A stretch of 64,000 bases of DNA from Veleropilina oligotropha (Eukaryota), in contig JBEUKZ010000115.1 of assembly GCA_048128005.1 (NCBI GenBank), positions 62,001 to 126,000 of the forward strand. Direction: 5' to 3'. The notes beneath the pieces are model-generated. The model saw only the letters and a program-made list of their open reading frames with translations. It did no database searches and was not told where the DNA came from. Shown one piece after another: positions 23,316-37,030 of the stretch (the stretch's first letter is position 1; each line of letters starts with the position of its first letter). Position numbers and translations under genes: made by a program.

Positions 23316-24638
23316 ACCCACCTACCTTTTCTTTAATTATCTACGCCTGTGGTATTTCACTTCACACTCTTTAATGGCTATGTATGGTCTTTGGAGATGC
23401 ATTCATATTGTTTGTTTGCAAAAAGTATTTATCAAAATCTCGGCCATGTGCCTGCCTCAGCACCACAGTAACAGTTACACCATGGTGAAGCACTATAGAT
23501 TGATTTTTAATAAGTTGCCTCTGGAGAGAGGTTTTGTAAACATAATGCAGTTGATATTATAAGGATATCAGCAAAGCAAAATGTTTTTAAAATGTGTATG
23601 TGAACTGCCTGGGTGAGGGTATCCATGTCTTGTTTAAGTTTGCATTCTTTGATTGCCCTGAACTGACATCAACAAGGTTATATTGTGATGCTACAGTCGC
23701 CTTGACATAGAATATCAAGTATCAGAATTGTTTCAATTTCGACAAGTTGAGTTTACATTATATTGTTACTATTAATACCATTTAAGTATCAGATTTGTGT
23801 CGATTGTTGGTGTGATTTGCTGCATCTAGCCCATATGATGCATTGTCATTTTGCAAGATTTTATAGTAGAATGAAACATGAAGTGAATTATAATGCATTG
23901 CAACAGCCAACTACTTGTAAACTTGTACATGTACACATGTATATATATCGAATAATATAAGAGTTATTTACAGTAGTACTTAGTTAATAGTAGCAGTTTC
24001 AGATATCAAATCCATAACATATCCAACAGCATATTGGGGATTATTGATATATATTTAACATTAGTTTAATTGCTTGACATAAATTGCATTTTATACTTAA
24101 AATTAAATAAATAATTAGTTATATAAATTCACACAAACACTCAGAATTTTAATAATATTGACCACGAAATAAACCTGAATGCGTTATTATTACCGTATTA
24201 TTTGTTTATCTAACAATCTTCACTTGGGTACACACAAACAGTTAACTATTGACTGGAGGCTCTGTCATTTAAAATGAATATATATAATCCAATGATAACA
24301 ATTTAATTGGACTTTAATTGGATTTGGTTCAAAAATCGAAATCCACGTTAGTTTCAATATTTACTTGGCAATAAAACTCAGAACATGGGAAAAACTGAGT
24401 ACGAGTAACGATTTAAGAATACTCATATAATAAATTATAATTATGTATTTTTATATTGTATTTTAGGTGATATGATGAACAACCTTCAACAGAACTCATG
24501 CAAGATACTAGACGTCACTTGATAGACGAGGCCCTCATTTTTCAGTGACGGTCATTACAGGTGGTTGTCGAACATTTTGGAACAATATTATATGAAAATG
24601 AAATAAATAATAACTCAACTGCAAATTAGATGGACAGA

Positions 24639-25275
24639 GCCTGAAGGCCCTGCAGTACTAGTGCTTCACTTGATGCCTAGGTAGCTGCCTGAAGGCCCTG
24701 CAGTACTAGCGCTCCACATTGATGCCTAGGTAGCTGCCTGACGGCCTTGCAGCACTCTAGTGCTCCACATTGATGCCTAGGTAGCCGCCTGAATGCCCTG
24801 CAGTACTAGCGCTCCACATTGATGCCTAGGTAGCTGCCTGAATGCCCTGCAGTACTAGCGCTCCACATTGATGCCTAGGTAGCTGCCTGAAGGCCCTACA
24901 GTACTAGCGCTCCACATTGATGCCTAGGTAGCTGCCTGAAGGCCATGCAGTACTAGTGCTCCATATTGATGCCTAGGTAGCTGCCTGAAGGCCTTGCAGC
25001 ACTCGTGCTCCACATTGATGCCTAGGTAGCTGCCTGAAGGCCCTGCAGTACTAGTGCTCCACATTGATGCCTAGGTAGCTGCCTGAAGGCCCTGCAGCAC
25101 TAGTGCTCCACATTGATGCCTAGGTACTGCAGTACTAGTGCTCCACATTAATGCCTAGGTACTGCAGCACTAGTACTCCACATTGATGCCTAGGTAGCTG
25201 CAGCACTAGTGCTCCACACTGATGCCTAGGTAGCTGCAGTACTAGTGCTCCACATTGATGCCTAGGTAGCTGCCT
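24639..25275. repeat. 49-bp minisatellite decaying into ~36-bp deletion variants
   Basis: Unit GCCTGAAGGCCCTGCAGTACTAGTGCTCCACATTGATGCCTAGGTAGCT; the last copies lack the GCCTGAAGGCCCT block. Confidence 0.95.
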
Positions 25276-26419
25276 GGAAGACACTGGTTCTACATACAGT
25301 ACCTTAGTATCCTAATTAAACTTATACATGCATGTAGTCTTCAACAACCATGCATACCTTATTATCCTTAATTAACGTTATCCATGCATGTTGTCTTCGA
25401 CAAACATAGTTGCAATTTCCCAGTGACAGCACCGGCTCAATGTACAAATGATGGTTGATGAAGCTTACCTCCGTCCATTCAGCATGACAGTGGCTTGGCG
25501 CTGTCAGACTTGAGGATTTAGGAGACGTGTCTGTAGTCGAACTTTAATAATACTCTCTATCGCGCAGCTTAGCAGCTAAGTGGCCTCATCACCCGAACCA
25601 TGAATATTCTCCAGTACAGATCGCTCAAATCAAGTTTAACAGATAATTAAAGGCTGCTCCGCTATCCACTGTCAAACCTATTGATTGTATTCTGGGAGAG
25701 AATTGAATTCAGGGTAAACGTCGGTGAAGGGCTGCAGCCAGTCAATGGTAATTCCATGACAGCGGAGTCTCCGGGCAATTTATACAAGAAACATGAAAAT
25801 GGCCTCAAGTAGGCAAATATCATTTAAATGTTGACCGGAGCTCGCACTTGCGTCTCGATGTTGTTCGCCAAAATTTAATATTTCCATCACTAGAATCCAC
25901 TTAACAACGATTGATGACAGTACAGACGCTAAAGGTGATTAACTCTTTGTCTTCAGCGACTTACACTAGAAGAATATTAATACGTCAAAATCTCTAAAGC
26001 CAATCTTGGAGCATATTTAAAAGGGAGTAATTTACCAAACAATAATCAATGCTAGTTGGTACGACATTTAAATCATAAAATTTAGGTTAAATAATCAAAT
26101 AGTACTAAGTAGGGTGGATTTTTCCACTGTTCCGACTTCAGCTTGTTATAATGGTTTGGGGCATTGACAAAATTCCTTGGACTGTGGTCTCGAGATTGGG
26201 GTTTGTCAACCCCAACCCCACCATGGTTGTGATGCTCATTTCTAGTTCGTGGGACTTCATGATTCTACATTGGTAATCTACTTAATATTTAAATCACATT
26301 GAAGTACCCAAATTACACATACCATTCAGCTTTCAGTCTTGATCAACAGTAAACAAAATTGAATTTAGGGTTGTTTCACGTATTTCGTTGCAAATAGCAC
26401 TGAAGAGTCGCATGACAAC

Positions 26420-28310
26420 GATGAGCACCAAAAATATAAAGAATGTGAGAAAGAAAGTAACAAAGAAATCCGAGCAGCCAAAAAAGCTTTTGAAGAAAAG
26501 CTAGCAAAAAACATCAAGGAAAACCCCAAATCTTTTTATGCTTATATTAGGTCAAAACAAAAAACAAAAGATGTCATAGGTCCCCTGAACGATGAACATG
26601 GAAACGCTATATCCAATGATGCACAAATTTCAGAATCCATAAACAAATATTTAGCATCTGTTTAAACGCTTGAGGACACGGTAAACATTCCACCAGTAAA
26701 ACATATTTATGAAGATCATTACTACGGAAATGGTTGAAAAAAAGATAAGCTTACTAAATGTCAGTAAAGCTCCAGGTCCTGACAACATATATCCCAAATT
26801 GCTAAAATACGGTAAGGATGAATTAGCAAAGCCATTAGCCCTGATATTCAATAAAACTCTACAAGAAGGCAGCTTGCCTGATGACAGGAAAACTGGAAAT
26901 ATTACCCCAATCTTTAAAAAGGGTAGTCGATCAAATACCCAAAATTATCGACCTATTAATCTGACATCAATAGTAGGCAAAATAATGGAATTTATCTTAA
27001 AGGATGCTATTTTAAAACACATAAAAAAATTTGGCCTTCTGTACCTTAGTCAGCATGGGTTTATGGAGAAAAGATCTTGTTTAACAAACTTACTGGAATT
27101 TTTTGAAGATGTAACAAGTGCAATTGACAAGGGAAAACCAGTTGATATTATATATCTTGATTTTCAGAAAGCATTCGATAAAGTACCACATAGACGACTA
27201 CAGTAATAGAAAAATTAAGTAACCATGGCATTAAAGGCCCAATACTAAATTGGATATGTAAGTGGCTAGAAAATAGAAAACAGAGGGTCGTAATAAATGT
27301 GATAAAGTCAAAGTGGGAACTGGTACTAAGTGGAGTCCCACAAGGTTCTGTTTTGGGACCATTGTTGTTTCTCATATATTTAAATGCTATTGATGACGTC
27401 ATTACATCTCTAGTAAAAAAGTTTGCAGATGATACCAAACTGTACAGAATTATCGAAACTGGAGAAGATGCAAAGAAACTTCAAAGTGACTTAAATAATG
27501 TGTTAAAATGGTCTGAGGATTGGCAAATGCTTTTCAACACCAGTAAATGTAAAGTAATGCATGTGGGTTATAACAACAATACCTATAATTATGAAATGGG
27601 TTCAGAAACTTTACAAGAAGTGGCCAAAGAAACCGATTTTGGTGTATGGGTAGACAAGACATTCAAACCATCGAATCAATGTGCAGAGTCAGCCAAAGAG
27701 GGAAATCAAATATTGGGAATGATAAAGAGAAACTTTAAATCTAAAGCCATCATAACTCGCCTATGCAAGCAAATGGTTAGACCGCATTTCGAATATGCAG
27801 TGCAAGCATGGTGTCCATATCTTGCAAAGGATATCAATATTCTAGAACAAGTTCAAAGAAGAGCCACAAAATTGATAGGAGAATTAAGGGAATTGCCATA
27901 TGAGGACAGACTAAGAGCACTGAACCTCACAACAATATCTTTGAGAAGGATAAGAGGTGATATGATTCAGGTGTTTAAAATGTTTACAGGAAAAGACAAC
28001 GTTGACAATAGTTTCTTTTTTCAGATGAACCAAAGACATACCAGGGGGCATATCAATACAAGATTTACAAAACGCGATTCCGACTTGATGATAGAAAACA
28101 CTTTTTCCCAAATCGGGTTGTCGATGAATGGAATGCTCTTCCTAATAATGTAGTGGAATCGACATCTGTAAACCAATTTAAAAATCACCTAGATGAGCAT
28201 TTTAAGAAGCAGGGCAGGTTATAGAGGACAAGACAACTTCAATGGGTTTTTATATGAGTTACAGTAATGTGCTTTCTAAACCCAAACAAACTCTATTTAA
28301 TCTATTTAAT
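26420..28310 (+). mobile_element. 5'-truncated CR1-clade LINE, RT pseudogene with frameshifts
   Basis: KAPGPDNI, NYRPINLTS, QHGFMEKRSCLTNLLEF, YLDFQKAFDKVPH, GVPQGSVLGPLLFLIY, FADDTKL and RRIRGDMIQVFK; 3' tail of CTATTTAAT repeats. Confidence 0.92.
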
Positions 28311-28990
28311 TTGGTATGCAATTTTGTTGACAATACGCTCACACTGATATTTGACATAAGGCATTGCCTTACTTGTGATGAGTTTGCTGGAATTACTAAA
28401 CTTTACCATGTTTTCTTTCTATATACATGACATTGCAACATGACGTTGTATTTTTCAGGAACTTATTACCTCGTAGCAAAATGTTCAAACATGCATTTTA
28501 ACACATTAAAAATGTGTCTTTTTAAAAAGGTAGAAATTGAACAATAATTTCAATTATAAATAAATCAAATGTTGGCGTTAAAACTTAAAAGTATATTTTG
28601 CTTGATAAACTACAATAGTTGTATTAAAAAATTAACATTAATAATTTATTCAAATTATTGATTGTCACCACGAATATGATTTACCACCAAGGAAAGTAAC
28701 ATTCAGCTAGCATAGTCAATATGAATACCGTACATCATCACTCTCTGTGGTGGAGAAATCATTATAATTGCCAAAACAAATGTCAACAAGGTAATCAGAG
28801 ATTGCAAACCTTTGCCCCGGTGGCAAGGAATGGTGAAAGCTACAAATCTCTGCGAATAATAGTTAAAGAACATTTTGACTATTTAAGCCTTATTTGAAGT
28901 TTATACGGCAAAGCGTTCTAGCTTTAGAGCAGAAAATGTGCAAACCGGAAATTGCATCCTAAAATCCGCATCTGCTTTCCAAATCCGATC

Positions 28991-29268
28991 ATCTTTAGGG
29001 AGCCTAGGTGAACCATATCTAGTGATCTTTAAGGAGCCTAGGGTGAACCATATCTAGTGATCTTTAAGGAGCCTAGGGTGAACCATATCTAGTGATCTTT
29101 AAGGAGCCTAGGGTGAACCATATCTAGTGATCTTTAAGGAGCCTAGGGTGAACCATATCTAGTGATCTTTAAGGAGCATAGGGTGAACCATATCTAGTGA
29201 TCTTTAAGGAGCCTAGGGTGAACCATATCTAGTGATCTTTAAGGAGCCTAGGGTGAACCATATCTAGT
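28991..29268. repeat. 35-bp minisatellite, about 8 copies
   Basis: Unit GATCTTTAAGGAGCCTAGGGTGAACCATATCTAGT. Confidence 0.95.
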
Positions 29269-30379
29269 GTCAAAAATTTAAGAAAATCAGATCAATGATC
29301 GTTGAAACCAGAAATTGCATGGCCGCCATAGAATTCGGATCCTCTTTCCAATTTGGATCATTAGTCCGGGAGCCCATGACATGATATCAACATTTTGTTT
29401 ACTTCAGCCGCAGACAAATTTTGACACCCTACATGCCCTACAACACTTCCCAAAACACTATATATATAGATTACTGCCTGGGTGTCAGTGGAAATATTTA
29501 TGTGGGCTATAATTTGTGGCAGGTATCTGAAAACCAGCAACACGCAGCATATTATCAGCCATTTTTGCTTAGATGTTATGACAATCGTTACTATAAACGA
29601 ACGGCACATTGTAAATGAGTTCTCTTGCGAAAGCGTGGCTTCTATATATTTATGCTATGCAATTTTGTAAAAGAATGCACATTATTAAACGAGTTAATTT
29701 TACGAGAAATCTAATGGTATATTACATTTTACATCATTTAGAGTACAACTTCATTCTATGCTCGCAAATTTATTTGAATAAAAAGAAAATAGATATACCT
29801 ATGCCATGAAAATATATACACCTATACCATGTCTAAAATCAATAATTTTGACACTGATTCCGCACCATAAATTCAGCCATTGCTAAATTATTTCAGCCAT
29901 GGCTGAAATCGAATTCAGCCATGGCTAAAATATTTATGCCATGGCTAAAATCAATAATTTTGACATTGATTCTGCGCCATATAGGCCTATGTCTATACGT
30001 AACGGTACCATAATGTTATTAGGCTATATGCTGCCTTCACTATTCATTCTAATTAATTAAACGAATTATTTAAAACTATTCTATATTATATTGCCTTTAT
30101 TAATAATGCGTTAACGCAGGAAGTACACTTGGTTTAGGTACCACTCCAATCTGACCGACACACTATGTAGAATAAGCCGGGCTCTCCTAGCCGTCTCGGT
30201 TGAGTGTTTGACGCGCTATCCGCTCACCCAACGAAGCAGTTAAAACAATGAAGTAATACACTTATTATCATCGTAATAACACATAACGACTTACCGATTT
30301 CACTGAATGATACCATGCCGTAGTGGTTATGATGTAAAACGATAATCATTGTGGACTTAAACATAGGCATATGCCTTAC

Positions 30380-31590
30380 CGAGAAATTATTCATATTTCC
30401 CTACAAGCACTAACTGATTCATCCACACTGGGCTGATCAAATCGTCCGCCCCCACCACAGAACTAAATTAATTTTCACGATGTCAAACAATTTTGCCCAG
30501 TTTTATCAAAGTCAACAGAACAGTTCATTATCATAGTTTAGACTTCTTTCGCTAGTTATTCTCATCACTATGGTAGCTTCTTTGTTACCACGTCCCTGTC
30601 TAAAAACGAATTGGCTCTTGCCAGCTAAAATGTTGTCCTTGGCTTCAATTCTTCGGATAAGGGCTCTTAGTAGAATGAGGTCGATGGTTCTACCATCTCC
30701 ATATTATGTATAGCACTCTGTTTCTTGTGAAGTGGTATCGTGATTGCTTTTGTGATCACAGATCCAGATCAATGTACGAATGACCGTGACGGTGGTAACA
30801 GTGTATCATATAATATGTGACGATGCTGATAGAGGCGATGGTAAGAGGGTGTGTCAGTAGGAGGACAGTAACTGAATGGTGTGAGGTTTGCAGATGACAA
30901 AGGAAGTTATAGCAAGCCCAGAGGCAGGATTTCAAAAGCTGATGTACAGTCTAAATGAAAGATCGAAGACCCACGACACAAAAAATCATGTTAATAAGAC
31001 AAAGGTGATGAAATCGCAAGGAAAGAAGGTGGCGTTCTTAATATATTTTCGGATAGACAAATGGCGGAACAGGTTAAGAAATTCAAATACCCGATAATTC
31101 TACTTACAGGGGAAGGAAGAAGCCAATATGATTTCGGAGCAAGAATAGGAATGGCAAAGACCGCTTTCACAAAAAGAAAGTTCTATTGGCAACGAACTTC
31201 AGTGAGAACATTGAGAAAAGAGTTATTAAATCAGTCGGCAGGAGTGTTGCTTTAAATATGATGCCGAGAAATGGACAATGCAAAAGAAGAAGAGGGGACT
31301 TTAAACCTTAGAAATATGGGTTTGGAGAAGGACAGGGAAAGACCAATGTAGATATGTTTGCAGCTGTGGAAGAAGAGAAAGAAGAATGGATTGGTTATGT
31401 ATTGAGGACCCCTGAACTGATGAGAGATGTCATTGATGGTATAATGGAAGGGTAGAAGAAAGATATGCTGAATGATCTAAAAGACAAGCACCAATAAGTG
31501 TGGAAATAAAGCGAAGGGCAGAAGATAGGATAGAATGGAACAGATGACAGCCGCAGACATGTCTGGCGGCAGATAGCCAATGATGACGAT
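30380..31590 (+). mobile_element. Degenerate RTE-clade LINE with an inverted 5' part
   Basis: Plus strand from ~30790: GVSVGGQ*LNGVRFADDKEVIA...KTKVMK, EQVKKFKY, RIGMAKTAF. Minus strand ~30760 to 30380: ITIPLHKKQ, LILLRALIRRIEAK, QFVFRQGRGNKEATIVMRITSERSL, KLFDIVK. Confidence 0.75.
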
Positions 31591-32299
31591 GAATCCATTT
31601 TCATATTTTTAAATATATTCCATAGTTTAATTGGGCTACATGATACATTTTATGTTATTACACTAGTGTATAGGTGATTTTTCGAAAATCTAAAAGATTA
31701 CGAACGGCACACATTACAATTGAACTATGAAGCTCATTAGCTCATCCTTGAAGGCAAGCACATATTGCAGTGGATCGCTTTGCTGGGATAGCTTAAACAA
31801 TGAACAATATAAACAACAGGAAAAAGGATTTGCTCAGAATATTTGGGCAAACTTTGTTAATAGAACACGGAGTGAAAATCCGGTCCATAACACAGAATAT
31901 TGAAAAATATGATTGAACAACGTCACCCGTTACACAATCAATACAAAGCACACGGTCGCCAATGCCAAATTCATGGAGGAGATAATTTCAACTTATAAAG
32001 ACTGTACCAATCACCAATTACGGACAACACATTATGAATCTGTTATTTGAATGCATCCTCGCATTTTATGTAATCACTTTCTTTCATCACCTCTACGACA
32101 GGATTAGCAGAAAGGTGGGGTTGGTTTCCGTATGCTTAAGCTCATGAACAATACTCCAGCTTCAGAAGCCATCACGAAATTCAGGGTATGCTGATGCGCA
32201 ATAGGCTGCAGGGCTCAATGCATATGCAGACATCCCATGCACACCAGCTTACAAATGTGAGGACGAACGTGCCAACAATGCGGCAGATAATAATGATGA

Positions 32300-32545
32300 C
32301 GATTGGATTGAATCGATGTTTAATGTCTTGTATATTTACAACCGTTAGGTTCAAAGCAGAACATGTCCATATTATCACGGGAGGAAATCTCAGTCGTCCA
32401 GGTAAACCCTCCCTCTCCGGCCCGTTACGGACAACTGCGATTGATAATTGAACAAAGAATGTCATGTCCCAACCGTGATTCGAACCCACTCCTGATAGCT
32501 AGCGCAATCGAGCCAGCGATTTGAGAGTCGGCACACGGAGAGGTC
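32300..32545 (-). mobile_element. tRNA-derived SINE (family 2)
   Basis: Minus-strand GGGTTCGAATC B-box and an ACATTAAACATCGAT tail. Related copies at 54617-54865 and 57912-58070, with fragments near 2080, 37100 and 51720. Confidence 0.7.
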
Positions 32546-33539
32546 TGATGATGACGACGACTTGTTTATAACGCTCTAGCATGCCATTTATGTAAAACGT
32601 TTGGACACTGTTATATTATTATGGCATTTATTGTATTAGGATTCACGAGTACGTAACCTTGTAATGCGCCATTCAACTCGAGACCAACCAAAAGTCTTTT
32701 GAAGAATGACAATTACCGTCGCGGTTGATGAATATATACTATTTCCAATGCCCACTTCACTTCTTTTGTGAGGCGTTTCCAAAATCTATGTGATTTTGTT
32801 CTAAACAACATAGTTTAAATCGACCATATCCATATTACCGAACACGTTATGCGCACATACATTAGTGGAGTAAATCTATACCAATTCAGGATTACATTTT
32901 TAAACAAGGTGGCATATGTACAGAGGGAGCCGCAAAGGGCAAGCCCCCCCCTCCCCCCTAAAATTGCATGACACAGTTATGCTGAAAATGGTGCATATAT
33001 ATGGCTGGCCAAAAACATCGTATTTACAGCCTCAAAACGCAGGAGAAGCTGTTTCACAGTTTTGAATACTAAAATTACATTGCGTGCGAGGCCCCATCTC
33101 CCACGCACACCGTTAATTTAGTAAACTAAATACATCTCATTTGCAACCTCAGAACACAGGAGATGCTGTTTCACAGTTTTAAATACTAGTACTTACATTT
33201 TCTTGCGCGGGGGGGGGGGGGGGGGATTGGCCGTATTATAGTAATCTTAAATTATCGCATTTGTAGCCTCAAAACGTGGGAGAAGCTGTTTCACACAGCC
33301 TTAAATACCAACATTTTCTTGCGCGAGGTGCCCCATCTTGAAGCATACAGTTGATAGTAATAATTATATCATTGTAAAATTGAGCCTCCCCCCCCCCCCC
33401 CCCCAAGTCAAAATCCTCTAGATGTCCCTGCATGCAATGTGTTAAAATTAATCAAGCACAAGCGATATTTATTATTATAAATCACTTGCAGATGAGGGAG
33501 CAGCATCAATATAGTCAGCACTACAGTATATGGATGTAA

Positions 33540-34190
33540 AACAGTGCCTAGAACAACCCATATGCCAATTGAAAAATTTCAACAAAACTTTAGCCAAAAT
33601 TTATATGTCCACAAACACCTATTTTTATGCAATAATTATATTAAATTTAATTCAGCATCACTTCCATAGTATCAGTTGACATTCATATTATCAATACCAA
33701 AGCATATATTATATACACCAAAATGTTGTTTCAACAACCCATATACACTCAATGAAAAACTTTAACCATAATTTCTATGTTCAAAAACACATACATTTAT
33801 GCAATAATTATATTAAATTTAATTCAGCATCACTTCCATAGTATCAGTTGACATTCATATTATCAATACAAAGCATATATACACCAAAATGTTGTTTCAC
33901 CAACCCATATACACTCAATGAAAAACTTTAACCAGCAATTTTGACCAAAATGTCTATGTTCAAAAACACCTACATTTATGCAATAATTATATTAAATTTG
34001 ATTCAATCTCACTTCCAGAGTACCAGGTGTTATCCATATAATGCCTACAAAAGCATATATATGCCAAAAAGTATCATGGGCAAGCTATATACACTCAAAT
34101 CGAAACTTTAACCAAATTGTTTACGGTTGTACGGACGGATGGACATGCCAACAACAATATCCCCGCTACACTTCGGGCGGGGGATAAAAA
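33540..34190 (+). mobile_element. Helentron-like non-autonomous element (HINE-type) with ~180-bp internal repeats, 5'-incomplete
   Basis: Repeated ATGAAAAACTTTAACC units, an ACGG microsatellite, and a terminal GC hairpin ATCCCCGC...GCGGGGGAT followed by an A-run. Confidence 0.6.
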
Positions 34191-34566
34191 TGGACTATTA
34201 TTATTATTATTATATTATGACTTCAACCATTCTTACCCACAAATGAGATATATGTATAAAAATTAGCAGTCTGCATCGGTATGTTTAACGCAGATCAAAG
34301 ACGATTGACTTTTACCAAATTGGAGCAGAGCAAATGAAAGGATTCATTATATTGACCTGGAAACTCTGACTGAAACTAAGTTACTAACGTATCAGCAAAA
34401 CAGAGAGATTACTTCCCAAACACCTAGAATCAAATGGAACTTGTAAGCGTTCCACATTACATGCTACTATATTTAGATCAGTTTCGGGCTATAATCCCAA
34501 GACTACACTACATAATACAGTACAGATGATGAGTACTATGAAATCGATAGATAATTAATATTTATA

Positions 34567-35310
34567 ACAAGAACACGGTCCGATATGTCTCGCCCTTTTA
34601 GATTTAGGAATTTACTAGAAAAGTGTTTTGACCATCTCATAAGCAATCATTGAAAAACCTTAGCTGAAAATTCTAAGTCCAAAAACACAAATGTTATGCA
34701 TCAATTATATGAAATTTTATTTCATATTTAGGTGATATCTATATAAACAATACCAAAGTATACATCTTCCAAAAAGTTATATTAGTAGCCAATATCCACT
34801 AAATGAAAAACTTCAACCAAAAACTTTAACCAAAATTTATATGTCCACAAACACCACTTTATTTTCAATAATTATATTAAAATGTATTCCATATTACTGG
34901 TAGAGTATCAGGTGACATCCATAGAACCAATAACAAAGCATATATATGCCAAATAGTGCCTTGAGCAAGCCATATACACTTGATGAAAAACTTTAACCAT
35001 AAAACTTTAACCTAAAGTTCACATAAATTTCTATGTCCAAAAAGACCACCATATTTCCATTAATTATATTAAAATTTATTCAATATCACTGCCAGATTAT
35101 CAGGCGACATCCATACAACCAATAACAAAGCATATATATGCCAAAACGTTCCTTGAGCAAGCCGTATACACTTGATGAAAAACTTTAACCTAAAGTTCAC
35201 CTAAATTTCTATGTCCAAAATGGCCACTATATTTCCATTAATTATATTAAAATTTATGCAATCTCACTGCCAGAGTATCAGGTGACATCCATACAACCAA
35301 CAATAACAAA

Positions 35311-35373
<63 letters not shown>

Positions 35374-36399
35374 AACAAGTGCCTTGAGCAAGCCATAAAC
35401 ACTTGATGAAAAACTTTAACCGAAAACTTTATCATAAAATTTGCCAAAATTTCTATGTCCCAAAAGACCACTATATTTCCATAAATTATAAGAAAATGTA
35501 TTCAATATCACCGCCAGAGTATCAGGTGTCATCCATACAACCAATAACAAAGCATATATATGCCAAAAAGTGCTTTGAGCAAGCCATATGCACTTGATGA
35601 AAAACTTTAACCGAAAACTTTAACCTAAAATTTACCAAAATTTCTATGTCCCAAAAGACCACTATATTTCCATTAATTATATTAAAATTTATTCAATATC
35701 ACTGTCAGAGTATCAGGTGACATTCATAAAACCAATAATAAAGCATAATTATATACCAACAAGAACCACGGTCCGATATGTCTCGCCCTTTAAATATATA
35801 TATCAATGTATCAGAAAATTCCATTCAATGAAAAAGTTTAACCGAAAAAACTTTAACCAAAATTTCTATGTCCAAAAACACCAATTTCATGCATTATTTA
35901 TATAAAATTCCAGTCAATAACAGTTCCAGAGTATCAGGTGTTGTCCATATAACCATTACCAATGCATATGTATGCATAAAAGTGCCTTTAGCAACCCATA
36001 CACATGCAATGAAAAACTTTAACCAAAAAAACTTTAACCAAAATTTCTATGTCCAAAAACACCAATTTCATGCATTATTTATATAAAATTCCAGTCAATA
36101 ACAGTTCCAGAGTATCAGGTGTTGTTCATATAACCATTACCAATGCATATGTATGCATAAAAGTGCCTTTAGCAACCCATACACATGCAATGAAAAACTT
36201 TAACCGAAAATGACACGCCGACGCCGCCGGAAAATGTAATCCGTAAGTCTCGCTTTCCCTTCGGGGTGAGACAAAAAGTGCCTTGAGCAAGCCATATACA
36301 CTCAATGAAAAACTTGAACCAAGATGACACGACGACGACGCCTACAATGCCGGATAAAGCAATCCCTTAGTCTCACTTTTCTACGGGGCGAGACAAAAA
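34567..36399 (+). mobile_element. HINE-type element with ~190-bp internal tandem repeats, containing a nested relative
   Basis: Starts ACAAGAACACGGTCCGATATGTCTCGCCC and ends with a GAC microsatellite plus the hairpin GTCTCAC...GGGGCGAGACAAAAA. Confidence 0.7.
35759..36274 (+). mobile_element. Nested HINE-type element with two ~180-bp internal repeats
   Basis: ACAAGAACCACGGTCCGATATGTCTCGCCC...GTCTCGCTTTCCCTTCGGGGTGAGACA splits the host repeat at ATACCAA|AAAGTGCCTTGAGC. Confidence 0.75.
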
Positions 36400-36490
36400 G
36401 CGTCTTTGGTACTGTACATAATTATGGTACCTAACATGTAAAAAGAGTCTTACATGATATGAGTCGACCAATTGGCAATGTGGATACAAA

Positions 36491-37030
36491 CACAGGAGCC
36501 TGGATCACTGCTTATAGTTCGTCTGTTCACGTTTGACGCTTAATAGCGCAGTTCACTGTAGTTACATAATATAGACAAGGAGGGTCGCTAAAGATAGCGC
36601 ACGTTGAACTCGGCGTGATAACATGACGAATAACTTACAAATTAAGAGTATTTTACCCTTAGCACTCACACGAATCGATAACGAGGTTGTTTAACAACAA
36701 TATATTGTAAAATTAATTTACATTTCAAATTTGGTAGAATGTCGTCTTGGCAACGTTTAGAATGATTCGGAGCATAGCGGAATTTACTGATCAAATCAAA
36801 CTTGGGTCAAGACACGGAACGGTCAAAGTTGAGCCAATATAATTATGTATTAGCTGGACAATATTGAAGAAGGAACTAAGGCATTTTATTAAATAGTGGT
36901 TTTGTAATTAGTTTTAATAATTATTTATATGTACATATATACTGTTATATCTGAGTGCTCATTTCTTGGTAGCACCTACAACATATTATAGCGAACACAC
37001 GAACTATAAGCAGTGATCCAGGCTCCTGTG
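36491..37030. mobile_element. MITE with perfect 32-bp TIRs and an 8-bp TSD (P- or hAT-like)
   Basis: TIR CACAGGAGCCTGGATCACTGCTTATAGTTCGT at both ends; GATACAAA on both flanks. Confidence 0.9.

Noticed and set aside
28991..29268. 35-bp repeats as a CRISPR array or a relative of the large satellite
   Set aside because: No spacers, and only the short GGAGCCTA word is shared with the large satellite.
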